From Chloroflexota bacterium (GTDB lineage: Bacteria; Chloroflexota; UBA11872; VXNJ01), in the NCBI GenBank assembly GCA_965203015.1, contig CBDBBM010000023.1, positions 64,308-128,307 of the forward strand: 64,000 bases of DNA, in the 5' to 3' direction. This document shows positions 62,534-64,000 of this stretch, one piece after another. The notes under the pieces were generated by a model. It worked only from the letters and a program-made list of their open reading frames with translations. It was not told where the DNA came from and made no database searches. The translations under genes and the position numbers were made by a program. How positions within the stretch are numbered: position 1 is the stretch's first letter; every line of letters starts with the position of its first letter.

Positions 62534-62608
62534 CCGCGTCCGGGCAGGTCGCGCTGGACCGAACCCGCCACGCCAAGCTTTAAAGGGGCCGCAGCCCCGA
62601 AACTGGAG

Positions 62609-63487
62609 ATGTGCATGGAATTTGTAAACCCCGGATACCTGGTCTCGACCGACTGGCTGGACGAGCACCTTCACGACGAGGACGTCCGCGTCTTCGAAGC
62701 CACCGTCTTTCTGGGGTTCCGTGACGGCGGCGGGTACCTGATCGAGTCGGGGCGGGAGGCCTATGAAGCCGGACACATTCCCGGGGCCGGGTTCCTCGAC
62801 CTGCAGGGTGACTTCTCGGACAACTCGCAGGAACTGCGCTTCATGATGCCGGGGGCGGCCGAATTCGCGGCCGCGGCCGGCCGGCACGGGATCTCCGAGA
62901 AATCGAAGCTGGTCCTCTACGACCGGGTCGGCACGCAGTGGGCGGCCCGGCTGTGGTGGATGTTCAAGTCCATGGGTTGCGAGCGTGCGGCGGTCCTGGA
63001 CGGGGGCTGGGTGCGCTGGCAGGCCGAAGGACGCCCGGTATCGACCGACCCTTCGGACTACCCTCCGGCCACCTTCAATCCCACCCCCGACCCGGGCCGG
63101 TTCGCCAGCCTGGAGGAGATAAAAGCGTTTCTGGCCGCCGAAGGCGGCTGCCTGATCAACGCCCTGGCCCCCGAGCAGCACAGCGGCGCCGACGGAGGCC
63201 GCCGCTACGGGCGCGCCGGGCACATCCCGGGCTCGACCAACGTTCCGTCGGTGGCGCTCGTTGACCCGGCGACCGCGCTCTTTCGGACCCCGGCCGAGCT
63301 GGCCGCGATGTTCACCGCGGCGGGCGCCGACAAGAGCCGGCGGGTGCTGCTTTACTGCGGCGGCGGAATCGCGGCCTCCAACGACGCCCTGGCCCTGACC
63401 CTGCTCGGCTACGAGGACGTTGCCGTATATGACGGGTCGATGTCCGAATACGTCAAGGATCCGTCTTTGCCGCTGGAAATTGGCTGA
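62609..63487 (+). CDS. thiosulfate/3-mercaptopyruvate sulfurtransferase (tandem rhodanese)
   Basis: two rhodanese domains; catalytic loop ...LLYCGGGIAASNDAL... Confidence 0.85.
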   Translation: MCMEFVNPGYLVSTDWLDEHLHDEDVRVFEATVFLGFRDGGGYLIESGREAYEAGHIPGAGFLDLQGDFSDNSQELRFMMPGAAEFAAAAGRHGISEKSKLVLYDRVGTQWAARLWWMFKSMGCERAAVLDGGWVRWQAEGRPVSTDPSDYPPATFNPTPDPGRFASLEEIKAFLAAEGGCLINALAPEQHSGADGGRRYGRAGHIPGSTNVPSVALVDPATALFRTPAELAAMFTAAGADKSRRVLLYCGGGIAASNDALALTLLGYEDVAVYDGSMSEYVKDPSLPLEIG

Positions 63488-63492
63488 GCCGT

Positions 63493-64000
63493 TGGGCCCC
63501 GGCACCTTGCGGCGCCTTTGCGCCCGGCCCGGCGCGGGATCGGCCCGGCGCGGCCCCGGCAGGCACACCCGCTCGACGGTGGCCCTGGCCGCGGTGGCCC
63601 TGGTGATGCTGGCAATGATCGCGGCGTGCGGCGATGAATCCGCCGACCACCACGCGGCAACCGGTGCGGGGACACAAGACGTGGCGGTCGTTACCGATGT
63701 CGACCTCTCGGCGGCCGCCCAGGCCGGTCAATCGGTGTTTGCCGCCAACTGCGCCGCATGCCACGGTGCCGACGTGGGCGGAACTGGCCTTGGACCGCCC
63801 CTTATCCATCGAATTTATGAGCCCGGCCATCACCCCGACCAGGCAATCCGCCTGGCGGTGCTCTCCGGCGTCCGGCAACACCACTGGTCATTCGGGGACA
63901 TGCCGGCGGCGGCCGGGGTGTCCGCCGCGGAGATAGAGCAGGTCATCTGCTTTATCCGGGAAATGCAATTCGCCAACCAGGTCTTTACCAACCCGGCGCA
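63493..64000 (+). CDS. c-type cytochrome lipoprotein (3' end outside window)
   Basis: signal peptide + lipobox ...ALVMLAMIAACGDE...; haem site ...ANCAACHGADVGG...; start tentative (TTG 63493). Confidence 0.7.

Overview
High-GC (about 68-70%) bacterial chromosome segment; the gene order pnp-dapB-asd-dapA-rnj-ftsK looks actinobacterial. Roughly 80% of the window is ordinary housekeeping and transport genes: glyA, a penicillin-acylase-family hydrolase between two EamA transporters, a YhaO/YhaN (SbcCD-like) nuclease pair, sulfatase, GH127, glnK-amt, glnA, ileS, holB-yaaT, rpsO-pnp, dapB-asd-dapA, UDG, rnj, ftsK, trxA, leuS, rhodanese and a c-type cytochrome. Candidate undescribed systems, all low to moderate confidence: the RHH/SprT-like zincin pair inside the island described below, an NCS2 permease carrying a C-terminal RsbW-like tail, and an exported sCache_2/lipoprotein pair with no output domain. 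The clear accessory region is an ~8.6 kb mobile-element mosaic (15.43-24.06 kb) inserted between a nitroreductase gene and the glnK-amt operon. It contains an intact IS21-family element (IstA/IstB) whose termini and 6-bp GGCGAA target duplication can be read directly, an IS200/IS605-type TnpB with a putative omega-RNA region, a mazEF toxin-antitoxin pair with a 10-bp palindromic operator candidate, a ribbon-helix-helix gene upstream of a SprT-like zinc metalloprotease gene, a tRNA 3'-half-like fragment, and an IS110-family element whose structured upstream non-coding end is a candidate bridge RNA. At least three CDSs (glnA, a membrane-anchored SH3b protein, a membrane-anchored sCache_2 protein) are broken by single-base indels in C-homopolymers. 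Two further genes (a family-4 UDG and a lipoprotein) lack an in-frame canonical start. That pattern suggests sequencing error rather than pseudogenization, but it cannot be settled from the sequence alone. Many long ORFs in the six-frame track are antisense GC-frame artefacts and were ignored.
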